A stretch of DNA of 64,000 nucleotides from Butyrivibrio sp. (GCA_017446685.1 JAFSQI010000106.1:4351-68350), one strand, 5' to 3'; shown: positions 41,779-53,565, numbered from the stretch's first letter. The notes: generated by a model not told the origin, from the letters alone. Numbers and translations are program-made.

Positions 41779-44629
41779 TGATATTAAAGAAGCATTTGTT
41801 AAGTTTATTACCTCCAGAGCTGTAGTTGTCTGCGGCGTACTGATATGTCTTGCCGGGATATTGGTCTATAGGCTTTTTTATCTGCAGATAATAAATGGCG
41901 AGTATTATCTTGACACCTTCAAATTAAGGATCAAAAAGGAAAAAAGTATTGCAGCTACAAGAGGAAATATTTATGACAGAAATGGTAATCTTTTGGCATA
42001 CAATGAGCTTGCTAATTCTGTGACAATTGAAGATGTCTATAAAACCGGAAAAGGGAAAAATAAGTCCATTAATGATACTCTAAATAAGCTTATTGATATC
42101 ATTGAGGACAATGGTGATTCTGTAGATCAGGATTTTAAGATTGTTATAAATGAAGATGGAGACTATGAATTTACTATTGAAGGTAATACGTTACTTCGTT
42201 TCCTTGCGGATGTTTACGGTCGTACTTCCATAAGTGATCTTAAGTATGAAGAAAAGATAAAAACAGCTACTGAAGTTGTGGACGATCTCTGTAAAACATT
42301 TGGAATCGGTGATTATGAAGTTGAAGGAGATTCTTCAACTTTTGTATCGAGGCTTGGATATACAAATGACAGAGCGCTCAAGGTTCTTACAGTCAGATAT
42401 AACATGAATACAAACAGTTATCAGAAGTATATTGATACAACTGTTGCTTCAGATGTCAGCGATCAGACTGTTGCAGATGTTATGGAAAATGCAGATACAC
42501 TTGATGGTGTTTCCATTGAAGAAAGTACTGCCAGAAAATACGTTGATTCATATTATTTTTCACAGATATTGGGATATACAGGTAAAGTGTCGGAAGATGA
42601 GCTTGCATCTTTACAACAGTTGAATTCTGCATATGGTATTAATGATACTGTAGGTAAATCCGGTATTGAACAGGCTATGGAAAGCGTATTGCAGGGAACC
42701 AAAGGATCTGAAACTGTATATGTTGATAATACAGGTCAGGTAATTGAAACTAGTAATTATGTAGATTCAGTTGCAGGTAATGATGTTTATCTTACTATTG
42801 ATAAGGATCTAACAGAGGCGTGTTATAACATTATCGAGCAGTCGCTGGCGGGTATTCTTGTTTCAAAGATACAGAATGTAAAGACCTATACTTATACCGA
42901 AACATCAAGCTCCAGTAATATCGTCATTCCTATATATGATGTTTATTATGCTCTATTTGACAATAATGTAATAGATATAAGCCATTTGGCATCTGCTGAT
43001 GCAAAAGAAAATGAGCAGGCTGTATATCAGGCTTTTTTAGCTAAGAATGAAGCTGTGATTGCTGAGATAAAATCAGAGCTTACAGAAAAAATGACAAGTT
43101 ATGATAATCTCAGTACAGAGTATCAATGGTATATGAGTCATATTGCATCTGATCTTTATAGTGACGGAATTCTTGACTCATCCAAAGTGGATAAGGAGGA
43201 TCCTTATTATATTGCATGGACTTCAGATGAGACAATTTCTTTGACTGAATATTTAAGATATGCAATCTCAATGAATTGGATAGATGTTTCAAAGCTTAAT
43301 ATTGATAATCAGTATGCTGATTCAGAAGAAATATTCGGCCAGGTTGTTGACAGTGTAATCACTGAGCTTGAGACTGATGCGGATTTTAGGACAAGACTTT
43401 ATAAATATTTACTTCTTGATGGTTATATTTCTGGTAGTCAGGTATGTAACATTTTGCTTGAACAAGAAGCCTTTGATATGGATGCTGAGGAGTTATCCAT
43501 TTGGAATAGAGGCGGAGAGAGTTCATATACATTTATGCTAAACAGAATATCCAATCTTGATATCACACCGGCTCAGCTCGCACTTAACCCATGTACAGGC
43601 TCAATGGTTATTACTGATGTAAACACAGGAGATGTACTTGCGCTGGTTTCTTATCCGGGTTATGACAACAATAAGATGGCAAATGGTGTAGACGCAGAAT
43701 ATTATGCTAAATTAAGAAGTGATAATTCTAATCCTTTATACAATTATGCTACACAACAAAAAACTGCACCCGGTTCAACTTTTAAGATGGTTTCTTCTAC
43801 AGCCGCACTTATGGAAGGCGTGATTACTACTGATTCAACAATTTATTGCGGAGGTATTTTTGATAAGACTGATAATCCACCTAGATGTTGGGTATATCCA
43901 AGAGGACATGGAAATCTTAATGTCACTGGAGGTATCAGAAATTCCTGTAATGTTTTCTTTTATGAAGTAGGTTACAGACTTGGAATGGACGGAGATACTT
44001 ATTCATCGGATGTTGGTCTTGAGAAGCTTGCAAAGTATGCTGATTTATACGGTTTATCTGAAAAAACCGGTATAGAAATAGCAGAGTCTGAACCACAGGT
44101 ATCTGATATGGACTCAGTCCGTTCAGCTATTGGTCAGGGTACAAACTCATATACTACAGTAGGACTTGCGAGATATATAACAGCTGTTGCTAACAGTGGT
44201 ACATGTTATAATCTTACACTTATTGATAAGACTACTGACTCTAATGGAAATCTGCTTGAAGAATATAATGCAGAGATTCGGAATGTGATCGATATGCCTT
44301 TGTCTTACTGGAATGCTATTCATTTAGGAATGCGACAGGTTGTTGAGGATAAGAGTTATTATGCAAATTTGGGTGTGCAGGTTGCCGGTAAGACAGGAAC
44401 TGCACAGGAATCAAAGAGTAAGCCTAACCATTCACTGTTTGTATGCTATGCTCCATATGAAAAGCCTGAAATTGCAGTGGCAACAAGAATCGCTAATGGT
44501 TACACTTCAAGTTATGCAGCTCAGATAACCAAAGAAGCGCTTGCTTATTATTTTGATCTTCGTGATGAAGATGATATTATTTCAGGTACAGCGCAGGAAC
44601 TTCAGGACGGTGCAACAAATGCTGACTGA
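41771..44629 (+). CDS. mrdA: Class B penicillin-binding protein 2
   Basis: RGNIYDRNG, GKSGIE, PGSTFK, SCN and KTGTAQ motifs; large insertion before the transpeptidase domain. Confidence 0.88.
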   Translation: MFNDIKEAFVKFITSRAVVVCGVLICLAGILVYRLFYLQIINGEYYLDTFKLRIKKEKSIAATRGNIYDRNGNLLAYNELANSVTIEDVYKTGKGKNKSINDTLNKLIDIIEDNGDSVDQDFKIVINEDGDYEFTIEGNTLLRFLADVYGRTSISDLKYEEKIKTATEVVDDLCKTFGIGDYEVEGDSSTFVSRLGYTNDRALKVLTVRYNMNTNSYQKYIDTTVASDVSDQTVADVMENADTLDGVSIEESTARKYVDSYYFSQILGYTGKVSEDELASLQQLNSAYGINDTVGKSGIEQAMESVLQGTKGSETVYVDNTGQVIETSNYVDSVAGNDVYLTIDKDLTEACYNIIEQSLAGILVSKIQNVKTYTYTETSSSSNIVIPIYDVYYALFDNNVIDISHLASADAKENEQAVYQAFLAKNEAVIAEIKSELTEKMTSYDNLSTEYQWYMSHIASDLYSDGILDSSKVDKEDPYYIAWTSDETISLTEYLRYAISMNWIDVSKLNIDNQYADSEEIFGQVVDSVITELETDADFRTRLYKYLLLDGYISGSQVCNILLEQEAFDMDAEELSIWNRGGESSYTFMLNRISNLDITPAQLALNPCTGSMVITDVNTGDVLALVSYPGYDNNKMANGVDAEYYAKLRSDNSNPLYNYATQQKTAPGSTFKMVSSTAALMEGVITTDSTIYCGGIFDKTDNPPRCWVYPRGHGNLNVTGGIRNSCNVFFYEVGYRLGMDGDTYSSDVGLEKLAKYADLYGLSEKTGIEIAESEPQVSDMDSVRSAIGQGTNSYTTVGLARYITAVANSGTCYNLTLIDKTTDSNGNLLEEYNAEIRNVIDMPLSYWNAIHLGMRQVVEDKSYYANLGVQVAGKTGTAQESKSKPNHSLFVCYAPYEKPEIAVATRIANGYTSSYAAQITKEALAYYFDLRDEDDIISGTAQELQDGATNAD

Positions 44630-44645
44630 TAAATGGGGAAAATAA

Positions 44646-45770
44646 ATGATTAAGAAGTATAAGATAATTGACTATGATTTTATTTTGGTTTTCATGGTCA
44701 TAGCTTTATCAATAGTTGGAATAATGGCAATTAATTCCGCTGATCCATCTTCAAGCAATAAGCAGATAGCCGGACTTATTTTTGGCGTTGTAATGATGGT
44801 GTTTATTTCATTACTTGATTATGTTTACATAATAAAACTGTATATATTGTTCTATATTTTAAATGCTGTTTTACTTGCGCTTGTTTTATCACCACTTGGA
44901 AGCAGTACTAATGGAGCGCAGCGATGGGTTAGTCTTTTTGGCATTACATTTCAGCCTTCAGAATCGGCTAAAATATTATTGATTTTATTTTATGCGCAGT
45001 TTATTATGAAATATAAAGACAGAATAAAATCATTTGGTTTTATTTTAATTTGTCTTGCATTGTTGGCATTGCCACTTGGACTGATTGCCGGGCAACCGGA
45101 TTTGTCTACTTGTATCATGCTTATGGCAATTTTTTCAACTATTGTATTCGTTGCGGGTATCAGTTGGAAAATTGTTATTGCGGTACTTTCAGTTTCTATT
45201 CCTTCTGTTCTGTTTGTGATTTACAATGCAGTTCAGGGTGAGAGCAGTATTCTTCATGATTATCAACAGAGACGTATTTTGGCTTGGTTACATCCGGAAG
45301 ATTATGCCAATTCTGAAGCTTATCAGACTCTGAATTCTATGATGGCTATCGGTTCAGGACAACTTTATGGAAAAGGCTATAATACTAATGAAATTAGTTC
45401 TGTTTTAAATGGTGGATTTATATCTGAATCGCCAACAGACTTTATTTTTACAGTTATTGGTGAGGAACTTGGATTTATCGGAGCCTGCATAGTTATTGGT
45501 CTTGTCCTTGCAATATCCTTAGATTGCTTTCTGATTTCAATGAGAGCCAAAGATAAAGCGGGTGAAATAATTGCTGCAGGTGTTGGAGCCTGGATTGGTT
45601 TTCAAGGTTTTATAAATATCGGTGTTGCAACCGGTGTTATACCTAATACAGGTATTCCATTACCCTTCGTTAGTTATGGACTTACATCTTTATTGAGTTC
45701 ATTTATGGGTATTGGTTTTGTATTAAATGTAAGACTTCAAAGTAATAAATATATATTTGGGAGGGTATAA
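44646..45770 (+). CDS. rodA: SEDS protein RodA
   Basis: GAQRW, FQPSE, QPDL, TDFIF..IGEE.G and [10 protein letters not shown] motifs. Confidence 0.9.
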   Translation: MIKKYKIIDYDFILVFMVIALSIVGIMAINSADPSSSNKQIAGLIFGVVMMVFISLLDYVYIIKLYILFYILNAVLLALVLSPLGSSTNGAQRWVSLFGITFQPSESAKILLILFYAQFIMKYKDRIKSFGFILICLALLALPLGLIAGQPDLSTCIMLMAIFSTIVFVAGISWKIVIAVLSVSIPSVLFVIYNAVQGESSILHDYQQRRILAWLHPEDYANSEAYQTLNSMMAIGSGQLYGKGYNTNEISSVLNGGFISESPTDFIFTVIGEELGFIGACIVIGLVLAISLDCFLISMRAKDKAGEIIAAGVGAWIGFQGFINIGVATGVIPNTGIPLPFVSYGLTSLLSSFMGIGFVLNVRLQSNKYIFGRV

Positions 45771-45775
45771 GTCAA

Positions 45776-46171
45776 ATGAACATCGCACTTATAGCACATG
45801 ACGCAAAGAAAAAATTAATGCAGAATTTTTGTATTGCTTATAGAGGAATTCTTAGTAAGAATGATCTTTTTGCGACAGGTACAACAGGAAGACTTATTGA
45901 GGAAGTAACTAATTTATCTGTTCATAAATATCTTGCAGGACACCTTGGCGGAGCACAGCAGCTAGGTGCTGCTATAGAACATAATGAAATTGACCTTGTA
46001 ATTTTCTTAAGAGATCCACTTACAGTTAAGTCACATGAACCTGATGTAAATAATGTTATGACTCTTTGTGATATGCATAATATTCCGGTTGCAACCAATC
46101 TTGCATCAGCAGAGCTGTTGATCAAATCACTTGACAGAGGAGATCTTGAGTGGCGTGAAATGTACAAATAA
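45776..46171 (+). CDS. mgsA: Methylglyoxal synthase
   Basis: [16 protein letters not shown]...HEPD and NIPVATN motifs. Confidence 0.92.
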   Translation: MNIALIAHDAKKKLMQNFCIAYRGILSKNDLFATGTTGRLIEEVTNLSVHKYLAGHLGGAQQLGAAIEHNEIDLVIFLRDPLTVKSHEPDVNNVMTLCDMHNIPVATNLASAELLIKSLDRGDLEWREMYK

Positions 46172-47120
46172 GTACCTTAAGCTTTTTTCCATAGTTCTGT
46201 TAACTACATCAATTCTAACGGGATGTTCCGGCTTTCCATATGGAGCTAAATATTCCGTTAGCTCTTTTGTGTCTGATTCAAACACTCAGTTTAATTATCC
46301 GACTTTTGCTTCAGAGCTTTGCGTGGTTAATTCCGATGTAAATATTTCAGCACTGACTTTAGGAGAAAATGTAAGCGCGGGTCTTTTTGACCTAACGAAT
46401 AAGGAAACTTTGTATGCACAAAATGTAAATGCAAGGGTTATGCCTGCAAGTCTTACCAAAGTTATGACAGCTTTAGTGGCATTAAAATATGGTTCTCTTG
46501 ACCAGGTTTTAGTCGCTGGGGCAGATGTATATGTCAATGAATCAGGAGCTCAAAAGATTGGCCTTAAAGAAGGAGACAGGATGACGCTTGATCAGGCGCT
46601 TAGAATATTGCTTATATATTCTGCTAATGATGTAGCTAATCTTATTGCGTCTAATATTGGAGGCTCAATTTCCGGATTTGTGGATATGATGAATCAGGAG
46701 GCAAAGGCTATAGGAGCTACTAATTCTCATTTTGAGAATCCGCACGGACTTACAAGTGATGAGCATTATGTTTCTGCTTACGATATGTATCTTATATTCA
46801 ATGCTGCTATGCAGTATGATACGTTTTCTGAAATTATTAATATGAATCAATATACAACCACATATCTTGATTCCACAGGTGCAACTAAGGATGTGGATAT
46901 AAAAAGTACCAATGCATTTATTAATGGTAATAAATCGCAGCCTTCAGGTATTACTGTAATTGGTGGTAAAACAGGAACTACTACAGCAGCCGGTCATTGT
47001 TTGATACTTCTTGCAAGAGATACAGTCGGTAATCCGTATATTGCTGTTATTATGCGGGATACGGACAGCGGAACTTTATATGATGATATGACGGATTTGT
47101 TGATGCTTGCCACATCATGA
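46155..47120 (+). CDS. D-alanyl-D-alanine carboxypeptidase (peptidase S11), probable lipoprotein; start uncertain
   Basis: PASLTK, SAN and KTG motifs; LTGC lipobox. Confidence 0.85.
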   Translation: MKCTNKYLKLFSIVLLTTSILTGCSGFPYGAKYSVSSFVSDSNTQFNYPTFASELCVVNSDVNISALTLGENVSAGLFDLTNKETLYAQNVNARVMPASLTKVMTALVALKYGSLDQVLVAGADVYVNESGAQKIGLKEGDRMTLDQALRILLIYSANDVANLIASNIGGSISGFVDMMNQEAKAIGATNSHFENPHGLTSDEHYVSAYDMYLIFNAAMQYDTFSEIINMNQYTTTYLDSTGATKDVDIKSTNAFINGNKSQPSGITVIGGKTGTTTAAGHCLILLARDTVGNPYIAVIMRDTDSGTLYDDMTDLLMLATS

Positions 47121-47273
47121 CTGATTTTTGTCACAAGTTTTTGTGAGTTTTTCATAATTTATAAAATTGATTGTATTATTTTTATGTTTATTTTCAATTA
47201 AGGTTGTCTTTTATTATTTGATAACTTATAATTAATACATCAATTAAATTCCTACTTGCAGGAGGGTATGCCG

Positions 47274-47693
47274 ATGGTTCAGTTAATTGTTGGGAAAAAA
47301 GGAAAAGGAAAGACCAAATGCTTATTGGACAAGGTTAATACCGAGGTAAAGAATGTTCTCGGAAGTGTAGCCTTTCTCGATAAGAATACAAAGCACATGT
47401 ATGAATTAAACAATAAGATTCGACTTATTGTAGTTTCAGATTTTATGATCTCCAATGCCGATGAGTTCATCGGATTCGTCAGTGGTATTATTTCTCAGGA
47501 CCATGATCTTCAGCAAATGTATTTTGATAGTTTTCTTAAAATTTCTTGCCTTGAGGGCCAGGATATTACTGAGACTGTGGGCAAACTCGAAAAGCTTAGC
47601 GAAAAGTTTGGCATCGACTTTATACTCAGTCTTTCTATGGATGAGTCTGAGCTTCCGGAAGCGGTTAAGTCAAAAATTATTGTTTCGCTTTGA
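47274..47693 (+). CDS. Conserved P-loop-like hypothetical protein (often auto-annotated 'twitching motility protein PilT')
   Basis: MVQLIVGKKGKGKTK...MYELNNKIRL; GGAGG RBS. Confidence 0.75.
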   Translation: MVQLIVGKKGKGKTKCLLDKVNTEVKNVLGSVAFLDKNTKHMYELNNKIRLIVVSDFMISNADEFIGFVSGIISQDHDLQQMYFDSFLKISCLEGQDITETVGKLEKLSEKFGIDFILSLSMDESELPEAVKSKIIVSL

Positions 47694-47720
47694 TATTTCA
47701 TGTATTATAATAAATACCAT

Positions 47721-47752
47721 GATAAGCCGCGGACATCCGCGGCTTATCTTTT
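47721..47752 (+). terminator. Intrinsic terminator
   Basis: GATAAGCCGCGGA/TCCGCGGCTTATC plus TTTT. Confidence 0.85.
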
Positions 47753-47786
47753 GAGCTATTTTTAAAATTATTTAAGGTTGGGAAAA

Positions 47787-49406
47787 ATGGCAGGTAATAA
47801 CAAACGCCGAAAAGTAACTAAATATCCTCAAAATATTAATAATCTGAATATAGGCATGGTTTTTTTCGGAGTCATTGCCATTTATGTAATTATTAGTGTT
47901 GTTACTTATTTCAGAAGAGAACATATTGTTGGTTATGAGGTAAAAGAAGGATCTCTTTCAACAAATAACATTTATGAAGCTATATGTATAAGAGATGAGA
48001 AAATTGTTGAGAGTGATTCAGCAGGATATGTTAATTATTTTGCAACAGAGGGAAATCGTGTTGCAGTTGGTAATCTTGTATATACTGTAGATGAATCCGG
48101 ACAGCTCTTGGATTACCTGAAGTCTCAGGGTTCTGATGAGGTTTCTTTAAGCGATGATGATTTATCTGAACTGAGGTCTCAAATAGTTGATTTTAGTTCT
48201 TCTTTTGATCCGCAAAGCTATTATACTGTTTATGATTTTAAGGTAAGTCTTGATGGAACTGTTCAAAAATTATCCAATAACAGTATTTTGCAGAATATTA
48301 ATTCGTTAAATTCAAACAGTTCTACTCTTGCTGCGATAAATTACAAATACGCAGATGATACAGGAATTGTAATATATTCAATAGATGGTTTTGAAAGTTT
48401 AAGTCCGCAGGATATTACTGCTGCCGATTTTGAAAATAGTGTTTCTTATTCAAAAAACCAGCTTATAAATAATGCATTGGTTAATGCCGGTGATCCTGTT
48501 TATAAGCTATGTACAAGTGAAGAATGGTCTATTGTCATACAGGAAAATGATCCTGATAAATTACAGCAGATAACTGATCTTGGTTACGTTAAAGTCAGAT
48601 TTATCAAAAATCAGGATGAATCATGGGGCAAAGTTTCGAGCTTTACAAGTGTTGATGGTGATACATTTTTAGTGCTGACATTTACTAATTCTATGATTAC
48701 TTTTTGCCGCGACAGATATCTTAATGTCGAACTAATTACGGAGGATGAGTCCGGACTTAAGATTCCTAATTCTGCGATAGTAAATAAAAGTTTTTATCTT
48801 ATTCCTAAGGAATATATTATAAAAAATAATGATAATACTACCGGAGTTTTGCGTAATCGATATGATGAGCAGGGAAATGAAACTTCTGAATTTATAAAGG
48901 TATCATTGTACAGTGAAACGGAAACAGAATATTATGTTGATACTACAGAACTTAGATCCGGAGATCTTTTGATAAAACCTGACTCAACTGAGCGTTATAC
49001 TGTCAGTAAGCAGGACACTCTGGTAGGAGTTTATAACATAAATAAAGGTTATGCTGATTTTAGGCAGATTACAATTTTATATCAAAATGATGAATATTCA
49101 ATAGTACGTTCCAATACAACCTATGGTTTGAGCGTATATGACTATATTGTTCTGGATTCCAGTGCTGTAGATGGTAAATCAGATGATGATGATGAAAATG
49201 CTTCTTCATATGTGCAGGAAAATAATAGATCATATGGGGAAGATAGTTCTGCTACTGCGCAATCAGAGGAAATTACTTCAGAATCAGATGAAAGCAGTTC
49301 AGATATTTCGTCACAAGATGTTTCTAATGACGAAGTAGAAATATCATCTGATGAAGGCGCAGAGGGACAATCTGAGGATTCTGCTATAGAAGCATCTTCA
49401 GGTTGA
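47787..49406 (+). CDS. HlyD-like membrane fusion/adaptor family protein with acidic Ser-rich tail
   Basis: N-terminal TM, GYVNYF..EG.RV barrel-sandwich pattern, GLKIPNSAI; conserved position before sepF. Confidence 0.7.
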   Translation: MAGNNKRRKVTKYPQNINNLNIGMVFFGVIAIYVIISVVTYFRREHIVGYEVKEGSLSTNNIYEAICIRDEKIVESDSAGYVNYFATEGNRVAVGNLVYTVDESGQLLDYLKSQGSDEVSLSDDDLSELRSQIVDFSSSFDPQSYYTVYDFKVSLDGTVQKLSNNSILQNINSLNSNSSTLAAINYKYADDTGIVIYSIDGFESLSPQDITAADFENSVSYSKNQLINNALVNAGDPVYKLCTSEEWSIVIQENDPDKLQQITDLGYVKVRFIKNQDESWGKVSSFTSVDGDTFLVLTFTNSMITFCRDRYLNVELITEDESGLKIPNSAIVNKSFYLIPKEYIIKNNDNTTGVLRNRYDEQGNETSEFIKVSLYSETETEYYVDTTELRSGDLLIKPDSTERYTVSKQDTLVGVYNINKGYADFRQITILYQNDEYSIVRSNTTYGLSVYDYIVLDSSAVDGKSDDDDENASSYVQENNRSYGEDSSATAQSEEITSESDESSSDISSQDVSNDEVEISSDEGAEGQSEDSAIEASSG

Positions 49407-49605
49407 AAAGCAATTAGATTATTTAGTAATGAATGCGTAAATTAGTTACTGGAGCGAGGAAACAGTAAAATGTAAATTATTTACTTTTGGCTATAACATT
49501 GACAGATTATGTAATATTACGCTAATATAATATGTGGTTTTCTATGTAACAATATAATTATTTGTTACAATTTGTTGGGATTAACGAGTGAGGAGTACAA
49601 GAAAT

Positions 49606-50136
49606 ATGAGCGTTATGGATAAGTTTTTAAAAGCAATTCAGCTTAACGGGGATGATGAGAATGGCTATTATGATTCAGATGATGGATATTATGATAGCGG
49701 TTCCAAGATTGAATCAATCAATAATTCTGCTCCTATCGGAAAAGACGATCCAAGTATAGAAATTTCTGAAGATAAGACAAAGAAATCAGCACCAAAAACT
49801 ACACCTTCACGAAACAGAAAAGCTTTGAGTGCAGCCGGAATGGAAGTTTGTGTTATAAAGCCTACATCAGTTGAGGATGCAAGGGAGATTACAGAGACTC
49901 TTCTTGCTAATCGCACTGTTGTACTTAATCTTGAAGGACTTGATGTAGATATAGCACAGAGAATTATCGATTTTACCTCCGGATCAACATTTGCTATATC
50001 TGGTAATCTTCAAAAAATATCTAGATATATATTTATAATTACACCTGCTTCAGTTGATATTTCAGGTGATTTCCAGACAATGATAAATGGAGCCTTCGGT
50101 AGTGGAATATCTGATGGCCCTCAGCAAATTGACTAA
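49606..50136 (+). CDS. sepF: Cell division protein SepF
   Basis: VCVIKP.S.EDAREI...VVLNLE...AQRIIDF.SG pattern. Confidence 0.9.
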   Translation: MSVMDKFLKAIQLNGDDENGYYDSDDGYYDSGSKIESINNSAPIGKDDPSIEISEDKTKKSAPKTTPSRNRKALSAAGMEVCVIKPTSVEDAREITETLLANRTVVLNLEGLDVDIAQRIIDFTSGSTFAISGNLQKISRYIFIITPASVDISGDFQTMINGAFGSGISDGPQQID

Positions 50137-50153
50137 CTTATCGGTAAATATAT

Positions 50154-50191
50154 GCTGTTGACTGTTTAAGTAAATAGTCAGCAGCTTTTTT
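50154..50191 (+). terminator. Intrinsic terminator
   Basis: GCTGTTGACTGTTTA/TAAATAGTCAGCAGC plus T6. Confidence 0.8.
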
Positions 50192-50223
50192 GAATATATA
50201 AATAATGGAGATGGAAGTTTTAT

Positions 50224-51327
50224 ATGAGCGATAGAATTACAGTTAATTATGAAAAAAAACCATGCTATGACATAATTTTTGATATAAGCTTTGATGGTTT
50301 AAAAAATGAAATAGAGGCTCTTGGATTTAATAACAGAAAAATTGCGATTATTACCGATTCTAATGTAGAGAAGCTTTATTCTGATGAAGTTAAAGACTGC
50401 TTAAAAGAAGTTTCTGATAAAATAATTGTTTATGCGATTCCTGCAGGTGAAGAAAATAAAAATCTTAATGAAATAAATAAGATTTACAGGGTTCTTATAG
50501 AAAACCATTTTGACAGGCATGATCTGATAGTAGCATTGGGTGGTGGTGTTGTTGGTGATATGTCTGGTTTTGTAGCAGCTACGTATCTTAGAGGAATAGC
50601 ATATATTCAAATACCTACAACACTTTTAGCTCAAACAGATAGTAGTATTGGTGGTAAAACAGGTGTTGATTATGAAGGCTACAAAAATATGGTTGGCGCA
50701 TTTTATATGCCCAGACTTGTATATATGAATTTATCAACTCTTAAATCTCTCGATGCAAGGCAGTATGCATCAGGTTTTGCGGAAGTAATGAAACATGGAC
50801 TGATAAAAGATGCTTCTTTTTATACCTGGCTAATAGAGAATATGTATGAGATCAATGATAGAGATTTAACAGTTGTTGAAGAAATGGTAAAAAGAAGCTG
50901 CGAAATAAAAAAAGCAGTTGTTGAAAAAGACCCTACTGAAAAAGGCGATAGAATGCTTTTGAATTTTGGCCACACTCTTGGTCATGCCATTGAGAAAGCT
51001 AAAGATTTTTCGATGCTTCATGGTGAGTGTGTAGCTCTTGGCTGTATTGCAGCAGCATTTATTTCATGGAAAAAAGAAATGATATCAATGGAAGAATATT
51101 ATGAAATAAGAGATATGTTTGTTCCTTTTGAACTTCCTATATCAATTGAAGATATTGAGGCTGAAAAAGTAATCTCTCTTGCAAAATCTGATAAAAAAGC
51201 TGATTCAGACAAAATAAGATTTATACTGCTTAAAAGTATAGGAAAGGCAGTTGTTAATCTGGATGTTACCGATGAAGAGATGAAAGCAGCACTTGAAGAG
51301 ATAATCTATATAGAGAATAATGATTAA
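50224..51327 (+). CDS. aroB: 3-dehydroquinate synthase
   Basis: GGGVVGD, PTTLLAQ.DSSIGGKTG, LNFGHTLGHAIE and HGE motifs. Confidence 0.95.
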   Translation: MSDRITVNYEKKPCYDIIFDISFDGLKNEIEALGFNNRKIAIITDSNVEKLYSDEVKDCLKEVSDKIIVYAIPAGEENKNLNEINKIYRVLIENHFDRHDLIVALGGGVVGDMSGFVAATYLRGIAYIQIPTTLLAQTDSSIGGKTGVDYEGYKNMVGAFYMPRLVYMNLSTLKSLDARQYASGFAEVMKHGLIKDASFYTWLIENMYEINDRDLTVVEEMVKRSCEIKKAVVEKDPTEKGDRMLLNFGHTLGHAIEKAKDFSMLHGECVALGCIAAAFISWKKEMISMEEYYEIRDMFVPFELPISIEDIEAEKVISLAKSDKKADSDKIRFILLKSIGKAVVNLDVTDEEMKAALEEIIYIENND

Positions 51328-51345
51328 ATAATTTAAGAGGTTTTT

Positions 51346-51894
51346 ATGACACAGATTTCCAAAAAGAAAAAGATAATTCTTGTACTTGATGCTTTAGCTA
51401 TTATATTACTTGTGGTTTTAGACCAGTTTACCAAGCATCTTGCAGTTACATATTTACAGGATAAGCCGGCTTACAAAATTATTGATGGAGTTCTTGAACT
51501 TAATTTTCTTAAGAATAGTGGGGCTGCTTTTGGAATGCTGCAAAATCAAAAAGTATTTTTTGTTTCTGTGGCTGTACTTATCTTATTTATTATTGCATAT
51601 GTATTGTTTAGATTGCCGGATGAAAAAAAATACAATATAATGCATGTTTTATTGGTTATGATTTCTGCTGGTGCAGCCGGAAATATGATTGATAGAATAC
51701 AAAATAATTATGTTGTTGATTTCATATATTTTGTTATAATCAATTTCCCAATTTTTAATGTTGCTGATATATATGTAACTGTGGCAACTTTTGTCTTTAT
51801 TTTTCTGTTTCTTTTTTATTACAAGGAAAGCGATTTTAACTTTTTAAGCTTTAGACAACATAATAAATTTCGTGAGTTTAATACAAAAAAATGA
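51346..51894 (+). CDS. lspA: Signal peptidase II
   Basis: DQFTK, NSGAAFG, GNMIDR, VVDF and FNVAD motifs. Confidence 0.94.
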   Translation: MTQISKKKKIILVLDALAIILLVVLDQFTKHLAVTYLQDKPAYKIIDGVLELNFLKNSGAAFGMLQNQKVFFVSVAVLILFIIAYVLFRLPDEKKYNIMHVLLVMISAGAAGNMIDRIQNNYVVDFIYFVIINFPIFNVADIYVTVATFVFIFLFLFYYKESDFNFLSFRQHNKFREFNTKK

Positions 51895-51946
51895 TTTCTT
51901 GAATTAAAATCATGATAAAAATTTTTAGATTGTTATTGGTGGAAGA

Positions 51947-52876
51947 ATGGAACAAAAAAACGACATTTTTGAGTTTGTTGTTACAGATGAATACGAGGGA
52001 ATGAGAATCGATAAGCTTATCAGTGAGCTTGTTGATTCTCTTTCACGTACTTATATAAAAAAACTGATTGATGATAAAAAAGTTTTTTGTAATGGTAAAA
52101 ATGTTAAGCCAAGTACTTCTGTGTCTGAAAATGATCGTATTTATCTTGAAATACCTCCATTAGAAGTACCTGAAATTCTTCCTCAGGATATACCGCTTGA
52201 TATTCTTTACGAAGATGAAGACGTTCTGGTCGTTAACAAACCTAAAAATATGGTTGTTCATCCTGCGGCAGGTCATTATAAAGACACATTGGTTAATGCA
52301 ATTATGTTTCACTGCAAGGACAATCTTTCTGGGATAAATGGTGTCATGAGACCTGGAATTGTGCATCGAATCGATAAGGATACTACAGGCTCAGTAATAA
52401 TCTGTAAAAATGACAAAGCACATCAAAGTATTGCGGAACAATTAAAAGACCACTCTATAAATCGTGTTTATCATGCAATTGTATATGGAATTATTAAGGA
52501 AGAGGAAGGTGATGTAACTGCTCCTATTGGAAGAAGTGCTAATGATAGGAAAAAGATGGCAGTGGTAAATGGGGGTAAATATGCTTCGACCCATTACAAA
52601 GTTTTAAAAAGATTTCCTGAGGATGGGTTTACTTACATAGAATGCAAATTAAAGACTGGAAGAACTCATCAGATAAGAGTGCATATGTCCCATATAGGGC
52701 ATCCTCTTTTAGGGGATGAAGTATATGCGGCAGGCAGGAAGAGTAGATTCAAATTAAACGGTCAGTGCTTGCATGCAAAAATATTGGGATTTATTCATCC
52801 TTCAACAGGGGATTATATAGAAACAGATGCACCGCTTCCGGAATATTTTTCGCATTTGCTAGAGGTGCTCAAATAA
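51947..52876 (+). CDS. rluD: RluA/RluD-family pseudouridine synthase
   Basis: S4 domain; NKP..MVVHP, HRIDKDTTG and TGRTHQIRVH motifs; follows lspA. Confidence 0.87.
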   Translation: MEQKNDIFEFVVTDEYEGMRIDKLISELVDSLSRTYIKKLIDDKKVFCNGKNVKPSTSVSENDRIYLEIPPLEVPEILPQDIPLDILYEDEDVLVVNKPKNMVVHPAAGHYKDTLVNAIMFHCKDNLSGINGVMRPGIVHRIDKDTTGSVIICKNDKAHQSIAEQLKDHSINRVYHAIVYGIIKEEEGDVTAPIGRSANDRKKMAVVNGGKYASTHYKVLKRFPEDGFTYIECKLKTGRTHQIRVHMSHIGHPLLGDEVYAAGRKSRFKLNGQCLHAKILGFIHPSTGDYIETDAPLPEYFSHLLEVLK

Positions 52877-52929
52877 TGTAAAATAATGTTAGAATTATAT
52901 GTTTACAATAAGCATAAAGGGGTGATGGT

Positions 52930-53565
52930 ATGAATACAATAATAACAATTGGTCGTCAATTTGGTTCCGGTGGAAGAGAGATTGGAGAACTTGTTGCTAA
53001 AAAGTATGGGGTTAAGTGTTATGATAAGGAACTTCTAAGCAGAGCTGCTAAAGAAAGCGGTTTTTGTGAGGAAATGATTCAGAATCATGATGAGCGCCCT
53101 ACCAATTCGTTCCTTTATAACCTTGTTATGGATACCTACTCATTTGGATATAATGCGTCAAGCTTTGTTGATATGCCTATTAGCCATAAGGTATTCCTTG
53201 CTCAGTTTGACACAATAAAAAAGATAGCAGAGGAAGGTCCATGCGTTATAGTAGGTAGATGTGCTGATTATGCTTTGAGTGATTACAGCAATGTCCTTAA
53301 TATCTTTATTCATGCTGATGAAGAATTTAAGATTGCAAATATTAAAAAGCGTTTTGCCGATGTAAAAACAGATGAGCAGGCAAGAGAGATGATGAATAAA
53401 AAGGATAAGCAGCGTCAAAGCTATTATAACTATTATTCATCAAAAAAATGGGGAAGAGCTGACAGCTATGATCTTTCTATAAATAGTGGAATACTTGGAA
53501 TTGAAGGTACAGTTAAGTTTATAACGCAGTACATTGAAGATTTCGAAGAATCAAGAAAAAAGTAA
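52930..53565 (+). CDS. Cytidylate kinase-like family protein
   Basis: ITIGRQFGSGG, VIVGRCADY and YDL.INS motifs. Confidence 0.87.
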   Translation: MNTIITIGRQFGSGGREIGELVAKKYGVKCYDKELLSRAAKESGFCEEMIQNHDERPTNSFLYNLVMDTYSFGYNASSFVDMPISHKVFLAQFDTIKKIAEEGPCVIVGRCADYALSDYSNVLNIFIHADEEFKIANIKKRFADVKTDEQAREMMNKKDKQRQSYYNYYSSKKWGRADSYDLSINSGILGIEGTVKFITQYIEDFEESRKK

